Assembly: GCA_035453125.1 (NCBI GenBank) | Contig: DAOTCN010000002.1 | Span: 289,993 to 353,992 of the forward strand | Direction of reading: 5' to 3' | DNA length: 64,000 nt | Source: Minisyncoccota bacterium | Lineage (GTDB): Archaea > Nanobdellota > Nanobdellia > Pacearchaeales > GW2011-AR1 | Shown: piece by piece, positions 19,343 through 27,505 of the stretch | Layout: each line of letters opens with the position of its first letter | Numbering within the stretch: position 1 is the stretch's first letter | Program-made: the position numbers and the translations under genes | Notes under the pieces: generated by a model | Database searches by the model: none | What the model was told of the DNA's origin: nothing | What the model saw: the letters and a program-made list of their open reading frames with translations, nothing else

Positions 19343-19876
19343 TCATCTTGTTGAGTTTCTAATTGTTTTTTCGTTTGCAATATTTTTAATTTTTTCATCT
19401 AACCAAGAATTAAATTCCTCTTTTCCAATTTTTGAGTCAATAAATTGTTGATTAAGATAGCTTATTAACTCTTCTTTTGAATCAGTTATATTTTTAACTA
19501 GAATATTTTTATTTAAGCTTACTTTAATTTCTTTCATTCCCTTATCACTTTTTCCTTTTGTTAATGTAATTAACTTATAATCTTGCAGTAATTTTATATG
19601 ATCATGTATTGTTGAATAAGAATATCCTAAAATTTTTTTTAATTGTAATAGGTTTAAAGGTTTTAAAGAAACGATTTGTATAATATCTACTCTTGGTCCC
19701 CCACCCAAAATTCTTGCAATTTCTTCAGATTTTTGCTTGTAGAATCCAGAAATATTTGACAAGTTTAATCTCTCAAATACATCCATAAATTCTGATTCTT
19801 TATGTTTAATAGTTGAACAAGAGTATACATTATGGGAGTAATCAATCAAGAGTGTCATTGAGTCTATTTCTTTCAT
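19343..19876 (-). CDS. Winged-helix (ArsR-like) regulator of the element
   Basis: LNLLQLKKILGYSYSTIHDHIKLLQDYKLITL is an HTH-wing pattern. The gene is divergent from the element's plus-strand operon. Confidence 0.55.
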   Translation of the reverse strand: MKEIDSMTLLIDYSHNVYSCSTIKHKESEFMDVFERLNLSNISGFYKQKSEEIARILGGGPRVDIIQIVSLKPLNLLQLKKILGYSYSTIHDHIKLLQDYKLITLTKGKSDKGMKEIKVSLNKNILVKNITDSKEELISYLNQQFIDSKIGKEEFNSWLDEKIKNIANEKTIRNSTR

Positions 19877-19990
19877 ATTCTAATATATTTAGATTAATAT
19901 ATAAATGTATCGTTTAAACCTTCACAATAGAAACATTTATATATTAGTATTAAATTGTAATTGTATCGTATTAGGGCTTACAGTTTAAAA

Positions 19991-20182
19991 ATGCAAACAC
20001 AACAACTAATCAATGAAGAAATTGACTTCGAGAAAATGAAAGATGATTTAAGGATTATCCAAAATTTTCTATTGTTAATACTCAAAGAAAAAGATCCTGT
20101 AAAATATTGCCAGATAATAGACAAAGCCAACAACCGAGAAAGCCCCACTGAAGGGACTAATACTAATTTGGAGGAAAAATGA
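19991..20182 (+). CDS. Hypothetical small protein
   Basis: ORF only. ATG 19991 is preferred over TTG 19961. Confidence 0.3.
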   Translation: MQTQQLINEEIDFEKMKDDLRIIQNFLLLILKEKDPVKYCQIIDKANNRESPTEGTNTNLEEK

Positions 20183-20438
20183 ACAACAAAAAAAACTTTC
20201 AGAAGTGTGTTGTAAAAAAACAAAAAGAAGGTAAGAACTTAACGAAAGCTAAGAAAGAGTGTTCGAACCAAGACACTCTTTAAAGTTTCATATAAACAAA
20301 AATGAAAAAAGATAATCAGCTTATTAAGTGTGAACAACCAAATCTCTTTCAAAAATTAAGAGATATTGTAATAAGTACATTCGAAAAAAAAGACACTAAA
20401 AACCTAAACTCTAATTCTCAAAAAGAGGCAATTTAACT

Positions 20439-20804
20439 ATGGAAAACTCAAATATTAGCTTAAATCATAATGAAGAAGAAATTAATCAAAAATTAATAAC
20501 TAAAAACTTAACCTTAAACGACTTGCATAACTATCTGAACCTTAAATTTCAAGATTACAGACAGGCAGGACAAGTTGCCAATATTTCTGAATGCAGAGTT
20601 AGACAAATCTTAATCGGTTACCGTATACCCAAATCTGCAAAGTTAATTAGACAAATTGCACATGGGTGGGAAATTGATGAAGTTAAACTTGCTCAACTTT
20701 TTGAAAGAATTAGTTACAATCAAAGTGAAGCCATCAAAGAACTAAGAGAAGTTATTTGCCCATCTAATCCTCATTTGCAAATGTGTAAGGAGGAACAAAA
20801 ATGA
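20439..20804 (+). CDS. Putative HTH DNA-binding protein
   Basis: QAGQVANISECRVRQILIGYRIPK is HTH-like. ATGA stop/start overlap with the next gene. Confidence 0.4.
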   Translation: MENSNISLNHNEEEINQKLITKNLTLNDLHNYLNLKFQDYRQAGQVANISECRVRQILIGYRIPKSAKLIRQIAHGWEIDEVKLAQLFERISYNQSEAIKELREVICPSNPHLQMCKEEQK

Positions 20805-22249
20805 CAAGTCTTGAGGAAGCAAAATATTGGCGGGATAAATTTGTTCTTCAAGAAGAAGGTAGATTATCAAAAGAAGGTTCAGTATTGTTCCTTCAGATTA
20901 GTCCAGATAATTATGATAGAATTATTAATGAAAAAAAGATACCTAAAAAATACTTAGACATATTGGAGGATCCAAACCTATTTGAAAAAATAACTGTTTA
21001 TGAGTTTGATAAAAAGATTGTTGGAGAAATTGAATCAAGAAAAGTTATTTTTTTATGTGCAAATGGTAGATTAGTAAACAATTCTCAAGTAGCTTCATAT
21101 AACTTACTTGTTAATTCTGAAAGTGGTGCAGGTAAAGACTATGAAACAAGTAAAGTTTTAGAAATTTTACCTAAAGAGCAATATATTAAAAAAACAAGAA
21201 TTAGTCCTATGGCGTTTACTTATTGGCATAATTCAACATTTGAACCTGATTGGACATGGAATGGCAAAGTCTTTTATTGTGAAGATATAAGTGAAAGTAT
21301 TCTTAACTCAGATGTTTTTAAAGTAATGTGTTCTAATGGTAGTTCGGCAACAATAGTCATTAAACAAAAAGCATATGAAATAGAAATTAATGGAAAACCA
21401 GTAATAATAACAACAACTGCAACAGCAAATCCAAATCCAGAAGCTATTAGAAGAAATGTCTTATTGCAACTTGATGAAAGTGTTAATCAAACAAAAGAGA
21501 TTATGAAACGACATGCAGAATTTAAAAAAAGAGGAATTATGCCAGAGTATAATCAAGATTTGATAGAGGCACAAAAATTTCTAGAAAGAGTAAATGTAAA
21601 AATACCATTTGCGGATTTGTTATGTTCTTATTTTCCAGAGGAAAATATTATAATGAGAACAAATTTTCCAAGGTTTTTAGATTTTATATCTGCTTCAACT
21701 GCATTGTATCAGTTTCAAAGAAAAAAAGATTATGATGGTTTTGTTTTATCCGAAGGAAGAGATTATAGTATAGCAAGAGAGTGTTTTCTCAAATTGTTTA
21801 GTAATAAATATATGATTCCTCTAACAAGAAATCAAAGACAAATATTAAGTTTTTTTAATGAAATCCCTACACTAAAAGGTTCTGTTTCTCAGTTATATAA
21901 CAGTCATGGAATTAATTTTATTAGTGACAGAGCATTAGAAACTAATCTAAAAACATTAGTGAGATATGGTATACTAACTAGTGCAATTGACAAAGATGTA
22001 TTAAATAGAGATATTGTTGTTTATTTTCTTAATAAAAGTTACTCACTTAATGAAACATTGAACTTACCTAAATTTGAAGAGATAATTAGAAATGCTTCGG
22101 AATCTTCAGTTTCTTCTATAACTTCTATAACTTCTTTATCTTCGATAACAAATAGTTTAGTTAGAGATGTAGAAGATATCGAAGTTAGCGAAGGCTTAAT
22201 TTGCATAGAAGAAATTAAACAAAAACCAAAAGGAGAAATAAAATGCTAG
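20801..22249 (+). CDS. Putative replication protein: P-loop NTPase (SF3-helicase-like) with a C-terminal winged-helix-like region
   Basis: Walker A-like NSESGAGKDYETSK, Walker B-like KVFYCEDISE, motif-C-like VIITTTATANP. It is the largest ORF of the element's core operon. Confidence 0.45.
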   Translation: MTSLEEAKYWRDKFVLQEEGRLSKEGSVLFLQISPDNYDRIINEKKIPKKYLDILEDPNLFEKITVYEFDKKIVGEIESRKVIFLCANGRLVNNSQVASYNLLVNSESGAGKDYETSKVLEILPKEQYIKKTRISPMAFTYWHNSTFEPDWTWNGKVFYCEDISESILNSDVFKVMCSNGSSATIVIKQKAYEIEINGKPVIITTTATANPNPEAIRRNVLLQLDESVNQTKEIMKRHAEFKKRGIMPEYNQDLIEAQKFLERVNVKIPFADLLCSYFPEENIIMRTNFPRFLDFISASTALYQFQRKKDYDGFVLSEGRDYSIARECFLKLFSNKYMIPLTRNQRQILSFFNEIPTLKGSVSQLYNSHGINFISDRALETNLKTLVRYGILTSAIDKDVLNRDIVVYFLNKSYSLNETLNLPKFEEIIRNASESSVSSITSITSLSSITNSLVRDVEDIEVSEGLICIEEIKQKPKGEIKC

Positions 22250-22425
22250 ACAAAACAAAAAATGAAATGAAGAAGTATAGGTGTAATAATTGTAAACATG
22301 AAATATGGATGAGTAAGGTACCTTTCTTTTGCACTAATTGTGAGGGGTATTATACTTTTGAATTAATAGAATTGAAAGGAGGTCAAAAAGATCAAAATGG
22401 AGCAAATGAATATTACTCAGACTAA
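22243..22425 (+). CDS. Small zinc-ribbon protein
   Basis: CNNCKHEIW...CTNCEG. Overlaps both neighbouring genes. Confidence 0.45.
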   Translation: MLDKTKNEMKKYRCNNCKHEIWMSKVPFFCTNCEGYYTFELIELKGGQKDQNGANEYYSD

Positions 22426-22633
22426 AGTTGATGATAAATCTTGGGGTAGTTTGTGGCTTGTAAAAGAAAAGAAAACTGTAAAGTCACCTGATTTGTCTGG
22501 AGAAGCAAAAATTGGAAATCAGAGATTTAAATTAGCAGTTTGGAAAAACTTTGATAGATCAAATAACAAACCCGATTATAAGATTTGTCTAAGTAAGTTT
22601 GAACCTAGTCAAAAAGAAGCTGAGTTAAATTAA
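22397..22633 (+). CDS. Hypothetical small protein
   Basis: ORF within the operon; beta-rich sequence (GSLWLVKEKK..SPDLSGEAKIGNQRFKLAVWKN). Confidence 0.4.
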   Translation: MEQMNITQTKVDDKSWGSLWLVKEKKTVKSPDLSGEAKIGNQRFKLAVWKNFDRSNNKPDYKICLSKFEPSQKEAELN

Positions 22634-22652
22634 ACAAAACCTTTGTAAAAAA

Positions 22653-23414
22653 ATGAAAACTAATCAAATTAAAAGTAAAGATAAACCCATCTCCTTTACA
22701 AGAGCATACAAAATGTTTGGTGTTTTTAATGGGATTCAATTAGAAAAAGAAATTGTAGAGGCTAGAAAGAATATTGCTCAGTTTAATCAGCATAAAGATG
22801 AAATATTTCAAAAAATAGAATTTCTAAATCAGGAAAATTTTAAGCTAATTGAAGGAAATAATTTGTTAAATCAAGACATAGAAAATCTTAAGGAAATTAG
22901 GATGCATGAATCAAAAAAATTAAGAGAAGATTATGAATACAAGTTTAATCTCATCTCATCAGATAATGAAAGATTAATTAGAGAGAATAAAGAAAAGGAT
23001 ATAGAAATTGCAAGTTTGAAATGTAAATTTTTAAGTGAAGAAGAAAAATATAAAGATTTGGAAGAAGAGTTCAAAGATTTTATTTTAGTAGAATATTTTA
23101 AAGGTGTTAATGATGAGAGCCTTAAAGATGAAGAATTGTCTATGCTTTTGAGAATGGTTAAAGTATACAAGAAAGGAGAATTAAAATCTATTGAAAAAGA
23201 AGAACATGGAAACATAATGGATAATCTTTTCAGTGAAGAATATGTTAAGAGTGAAACTTGTTATTGCGGAGCTACTAAATCTTATGGAAGCCGTTCCTGT
23301 GAAGGATGTCGCGTCAAAGCTGATCGATATCGGAAGAGATATGGCATAAACATGTTTGAAGCATGGAAAAATATTTGGAAAAATATAGGAAATATTAGGA
23401 ATTTTGATGTATAA
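22653..23414 (+). CDS. Coiled-coil protein with a C-terminal Cys-rich (zinc-binding?) tail
   Basis: Long heptad-like K/E-rich centre. C-terminal CYCGATKSYGSRSCEGC. Confidence 0.4.
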   Translation: MKTNQIKSKDKPISFTRAYKMFGVFNGIQLEKEIVEARKNIAQFNQHKDEIFQKIEFLNQENFKLIEGNNLLNQDIENLKEIRMHESKKLREDYEYKFNLISSDNERLIRENKEKDIEIASLKCKFLSEEEKYKDLEEEFKDFILVEYFKGVNDESLKDEELSMLLRMVKVYKKGELKSIEKEEHGNIMDNLFSEEYVKSETCYCGATKSYGSRSCEGCRVKADRYRKRYGINMFEAWKNIWKNIGNIRNFDV

Positions 23415-23440
23415 GTTATCAAAAACGAGCAAGCTATAAA

Positions 23441-23800
23441 ATGAGGAACATAAAAACAATAATCCGAACATATCCCAATGGAAAATCAATAGTTGTATCT
23501 CAAGATCTTTCTTGGAAATCTCAGTATTTAAGTTTAATAAGTGGGCTAAGAAGTAGAAACAGAGATTTCTTTACAGCTACTGAACTTATGTACCTAACAG
23601 GGGATAAAAGACCAGTTGTTGTAAGTCGTTTGAATACTTTAGTCAAAAATAAATGGATTAAACCCTTTGTAACAAATAAATGTAAGATCTTTGATAGAAC
23701 AGTTTATGTCAGAAATCAAGAAAAATTTAATAAATTTATTGATAAGTATCAATCTTTTTGTTCTGACTGTTCTCCATTTATGAATAAAAATCAGAGTTAA
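23441..23800 (+). CDS. Hypothetical protein (possible wHTH)
   Basis: FFTATELMYLTGDKRPVVVSRLNTLVKNKWI is weakly HTH-like. Confidence 0.35.
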   Translation: MRNIKTIIRTYPNGKSIVVSQDLSWKSQYLSLISGLRSRNRDFFTATELMYLTGDKRPVVVSRLNTLVKNKWIKPFVTNKCKIFDRTVYVRNQEKFNKFIDKYQSFCSDCSPFMNKNQS

Positions 23801-23833
23801 TGAACAATTAAATTTATCAATCAAAAAGAAAAA

Positions 23834-24169
23834 ATGCCATCAAAAGAACACGAACAAAAAATAGAAGAAATTGATAGAGAAATAAAATCAAGAGGAATGC
23901 ACTGGAAGACTAAAAAGAATTATCCTATTTGGTTACATAAAGAGAATAGTTGGGGTCAAATTGATCTTGTAGGATTTAAGAGGGAAGAACCAATGTCTCC
24001 TGCAATGATTGATGCTTTTGAGATAGAAGAACGAAACTCTGCTGGACAAATCTCTAGAAACTTAGAAAAATTAGAGCAAATTAAAAAAATGACTCCTATA
24101 AATATTAAAGTTCGTACATGTCAATTAAAGTCTAATGAAGATCATAAAAAGGTGTGTATAAGAAAATGA
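23834..24169 (+). CDS. Hypothetical protein (possible PD-(D/E)xK-like nuclease fold)
   Basis: GQIDLVGF ... IDAFEIEE pattern only; weak. Confidence 0.3.
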   Translation: MPSKEHEQKIEEIDREIKSRGMHWKTKKNYPIWLHKENSWGQIDLVGFKREEPMSPAMIDAFEIEERNSAGQISRNLEKLEQIKKMTPINIKVRTCQLKSNEDHKKVCIRK

Positions 24170-24684
24170 AAGTTGTAATATATCTAAGAGTTAGTACAAT
24201 AGACCAAACAACACTGAATCAAGAATTAGAATTGAAATCCTATTGTGAAAGAAACAATTATGAAATTTTTAAGGTCTACAAAGATGAAGGAGTATCTGGA
24301 TCAAAAACATCAAGACCACAATTAGATTTAATGTTGCAAGATATGAGGAATAAGCTCTTTGATGCAGTTATTGTTTGGAAATTTGATAGATTAGGAAGAA
24401 GCACTTCTCATTTATTACAAGTTTTGGAAGAGATGAAAAATAAAGGAGTTAGATTAATAGCAACCTCTCAAAATATTGATACAGAAACTCCCATGGGTAA
24501 ATTCTTTTTTACTATACTTTCAGGTTTTGCAGAGATGGAAAGAGAAATGATTAAGGAAAGAATATTGCTTGGATTAAAGAGAAGAAAGCAACAAGGAAAA
24601 AGTCTTGGAAGACCAAACGGAGCTAAAGATAAAGGAAGACGGAAAAAAGGTGGTTATTATTTAAGATATAAAAAGAGTAAATAA
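24166..24684 (+). CDS. Small serine recombinase (resolvase/invertase catalytic domain; no canonical C-terminal HTH)
   Basis: VVIYLRVSTIDQ (catalytic Ser), GVSGSKTSRPQLDLML and VVWKFDRLGRS. The C-terminus is only a short basic tail, GRRKKGGYYLRYKKSK. ATGA overlap with the upstream ORF. Confidence 0.8.
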   Translation: MKVVIYLRVSTIDQTTLNQELELKSYCERNNYEIFKVYKDEGVSGSKTSRPQLDLMLQDMRNKLFDAVIVWKFDRLGRSTSHLLQVLEEMKNKGVRLIATSQNIDTETPMGKFFFTILSGFAEMEREMIKERILLGLKRRKQQGKSLGRPNGAKDKGRRKKGGYYLRYKKSK

Positions 24685-24686
24685 AA

Positions 24687-26240
24687 TTACTTTATCTCTT
24701 TTAATTTTTTTAAACTCTCATTAATCTTCGCTTGTGATTCTTCAATTATTTTTATTAATTCTTCTGGTTTAGGAATGACTTTTTCTTTTATATTAGGATT
24801 TACTGCTTTAATATCATAATTTTTACTTTTTATTGTATCAATATCTATATACCAACTATTATCAGTAATCTTATCTTTTTCTTTATCTGAATTAAATGCC
24901 TTAAAGAAGTCATCAAACTTATCTATTGTAAACGGCAATTTCTTTCTTACTTTAATATTAGACATATCATAAAACCAAATTCTTTTCGTGGGTTTTCCTT
25001 TTGTAAAAAATAAAAGATTTGTTTTAACACCTGCACCAGCATTTACAAAAACATTCTGAGGTAAACTTATTATACACCATAAATCACACTCTTCAAGGAG
25101 TTTTCTTTTTGTTTGAACAAACGAAGTTTCATTAGTTCTAAATAAGACTCCTTCATCAATTACCATTGCACAGGTTCCACCATCTTTTAACTTATCAATA
25201 ATATGTTGTAAAAATAAAACTTGAGTACTTCCTGTTTTATATGCAAAATTTGTTTTTGCATCTTCTCCTTCACTTCCACCGAAGGGAGGATTTGTTAGGA
25301 TATAATCAAATTGTGAAGGTGCTCCTTGAAATAATTCTATATAAGTAGGTCTTCCGCTTAATGTATTTTTTATTCCTATATGTGGGAAATCTATCCCATG
25401 TAAAGCTAGGTTCGCTAGAGCAATTGGGAAGGCATCATCACTATCATCAAGCCCCCATAAAGCATTATGTTTCAAATAATCAATTTCAGAAGCTGTGGGT
25501 TCTTGATTCATTAAATATACAAAAGTTTCTGCTAAAAATCCACCAGTTCCACAACAACAATCATAAAATGTTGCTTCTCTTCCATGAATCTTTATTTTGG
25601 GTTTAATAGTTCTTATCATTGCTCTGATAACTTCTCTTGGAGTAAAAAATTGTCCACCATCATTACCTTTTTCTCCCATTTTTAATAAAAGACCTTCATA
25701 AATTTGAGAAAGAGGGAATTGATGTGTATCATCTATATTCTCAGATGTTAAATGTTCTATCCTATCTAAAACATCAAACAAATTTCTTTCACTTGCTAAT
25801 TGTGTTTTATCTATCTTTCTAAATATCTGAGAAATTATTTTTTGTTTTATAGTTGCATTTGGCTTTTTTTCAAATGATTTCATATAAGGAATTAATTCAT
25901 TATTAACAAATTCCAAAAAATCTCCTAATTTTCCTTTTTCCTGAATTTCTTTTCGCTTACTTCCATTAGGACTTCCCCAATCTCTCCATCTATAAGGGGA
26001 TTTTAATGAAGGTGTAAAAGACTTTCCAACTGCATCACATTGCATTTCTTCTTTTTCTTCATTTTCATCCAATATCCTTAAAAACATCATCCAAGTAAGT
26101 TCTGGAATATACTGCATTGCCCCCTTAGTCTTATCTCTTCTCATTATATCACAAATAGACTTAATGTATGAGTTCATACTAGACTGGTCTGTAAGTATCC
26201 TATTATTCCCATTTACCTTATTTTCTTTATTTTTGGTCAT
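24687..26240 (-). CDS. hsdM: Type I restriction-modification system, N6-adenine DNA methyltransferase subunit
   Basis: FFTPREV, DCCCGTGGFL (SAM motif I) and ILTNPPFGG (motif IV). Confidence 0.9.
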   Translation of the reverse strand: MTKNKENKVNGNNRILTDQSSMNSYIKSICDIMRRDKTKGAMQYIPELTWMMFLRILDENEEKEEMQCDAVGKSFTPSLKSPYRWRDWGSPNGSKRKEIQEKGKLGDFLEFVNNELIPYMKSFEKKPNATIKQKIISQIFRKIDKTQLASERNLFDVLDRIEHLTSENIDDTHQFPLSQIYEGLLLKMGEKGNDGGQFFTPREVIRAMIRTIKPKIKIHGREATFYDCCCGTGGFLAETFVYLMNQEPTASEIDYLKHNALWGLDDSDDAFPIALANLALHGIDFPHIGIKNTLSGRPTYIELFQGAPSQFDYILTNPPFGGSEGEDAKTNFAYKTGSTQVLFLQHIIDKLKDGGTCAMVIDEGVLFRTNETSFVQTKRKLLEECDLWCIISLPQNVFVNAGAGVKTNLLFFTKGKPTKRIWFYDMSNIKVRKKLPFTIDKFDDFFKAFNSDKEKDKITDNSWYIDIDTIKSKNYDIKAVNPNIKEKVIPKPEELIKIIEESQAKINESLKKLKEIK

Positions 26241-27504
26241 TTTCTATTTCGTATTTTCCAAATACTTCATTTAAAATTGATGATTGAAGCTGAGATATTG
26301 CTAAAATCTTTCTATCTATAAAATTTATTTGTATGTTAATCTCTTTTTCAATTAATTTTAATGTATCAACCATTTTGTTCTGAATTTTTATATCAGGTAA
26401 AGGAATATCAAAATTTTCTATTTGAGATTTTGTTAGAGCTTGTCTAGTTGCTCCAGATTGAATATTCAAGATATTTTTTTGAAACTCTTTTTGAGAAATA
26501 AAATAAGCTAAATAATAAGGATTTAAATCTTGTTTACATCTAATTATAGAAACATGCTGATTAACATTAGCAGGGCAAATATCATCTGGAACAACACATA
26601 CTCTCCCTATAGATGCTCCTGTTATGTTAAGTAAAACATCTTTTTTTTCAACTTTTGTATTTTTCATAATTTGATTTATTTCAGCATCAATAAAAGAAAG
26701 TCCATCTCTGTCAAATGAATTCATGTATACATTCATACTTCTTATAAATGGAATTCCCTGAGTCTTATAAATTCTATAACCTCCTCTCGGAGTTGAACCG
26801 CTTCCGATTTTATTAGTTAAAGTTAAAAGTTTTATTTTTTTAGAATTAACTATTTCTGGAATCTCAAATATTTTTTTAAGATAACTATTCATCATCTCTT
26901 CAATAGACTCTTTTTCTTTTTTTGATTCTTTTTTCATTATCTCTATTTGACTAATTTGTTGGTTAATTTTTGCTACAATATTCCTTTGTACAGAAAGAGG
27001 AGGTAAAAGGATTTTTATTAACTCTAATTTCTTTCTAGTAACTCTTTTTCTTGTAGAACCAGAAGATAAAGAGATTGATTTATTCATAAAAATAGGGGAA
27101 TTTAAATAATAAGATATAAAGGATGAATCTGCAACATTCTTATTTAACTTAAGAATAGAAACATCTACTGCAGTTATAAGAGGGATACCTAATTCTGGAA
27201 CAATACAAGCTCTGCCTATTGGGTCTGGCATTCTTGCAATTAAAATATCTCCAGCATCAATCCAACGAGCATGTATTTCTTCAGCCCTTTTTTTTGTAAT
27301 ATGTCTATCGGAAACATTAAGAAATTCATTAATTCCAATATCTGCTAATTGTATTAATCTAACCTCTTTTTTACTAGACATATCTGAAGATAGAACCCAA
27401 TTTCCATCACTTAATCCTAATTCTGGATTAATGGATATCTCTTTCAAATTACTCCACTTCCAACCTTCAGGTAACTTTTGTTTTTGTATTAATTCTTGTT
27501 TCAT
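26227..27504 (-). CDS. hsdS: Type I restriction-modification system, specificity subunit (two target-recognition domains)
   Basis: Two-fold internal architecture, each half ending in a conserved helix (LPPLSVQRNIVAKI / IPLPDIKIQNKMVDTL). It sits between hsdR and hsdM. Confidence 0.85.
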   Translation of the reverse strand: MKQELIQKQKLPEGWKWSNLKEISINPELGLSDGNWVLSSDMSSKKEVRLIQLADIGINEFLNVSDRHITKKRAEEIHARWIDAGDILIARMPDPIGRACIVPELGIPLITAVDVSILKLNKNVADSSFISYYLNSPIFMNKSISLSSGSTRKRVTRKKLELIKILLPPLSVQRNIVAKINQQISQIEIMKKESKKEKESIEEMMNSYLKKIFEIPEIVNSKKIKLLTLTNKIGSGSTPRGGYRIYKTQGIPFIRSMNVYMNSFDRDGLSFIDAEINQIMKNTKVEKKDVLLNITGASIGRVCVVPDDICPANVNQHVSIIRCKQDLNPYYLAYFISQKEFQKNILNIQSGATRQALTKSQIENFDIPLPDIKIQNKMVDTLKLIEKEINIQINFIDRKILAISQLQSSILNEVFGKYEIENDQK

Positions 27505-27505
27505 T

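Noticed and set aside
20180-20437. Two micro-ORFs (34 aa MNNKKNFQKC..., 44 aa MKKDNQLIKC...) between 20182 and 20439 in the element
   Set aside because: They are plausible given the compact operon, but both are below the ORF-track threshold and neither has a recognisable feature, so they are not reported as features.
23181-23489. 102-aa and 61-aa minus-strand ORFs (23181-23489, 23639-23824) within the element's plus-strand operon
   Set aside because: They overlap plus-strand ORFs that form a continuous overlapping operon, and they have hydrophobic low-complexity translations. They are probably not genes, although neither strand has homology support here.
24687-27504. Phase-variable hsdS shufflon driven by the adjacent recombinase
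   Set aside because: I saw only one hsdS gene and no silent hsdS fragments or inverted repeats around it. The idea is kept only as a check under the R-M finding.
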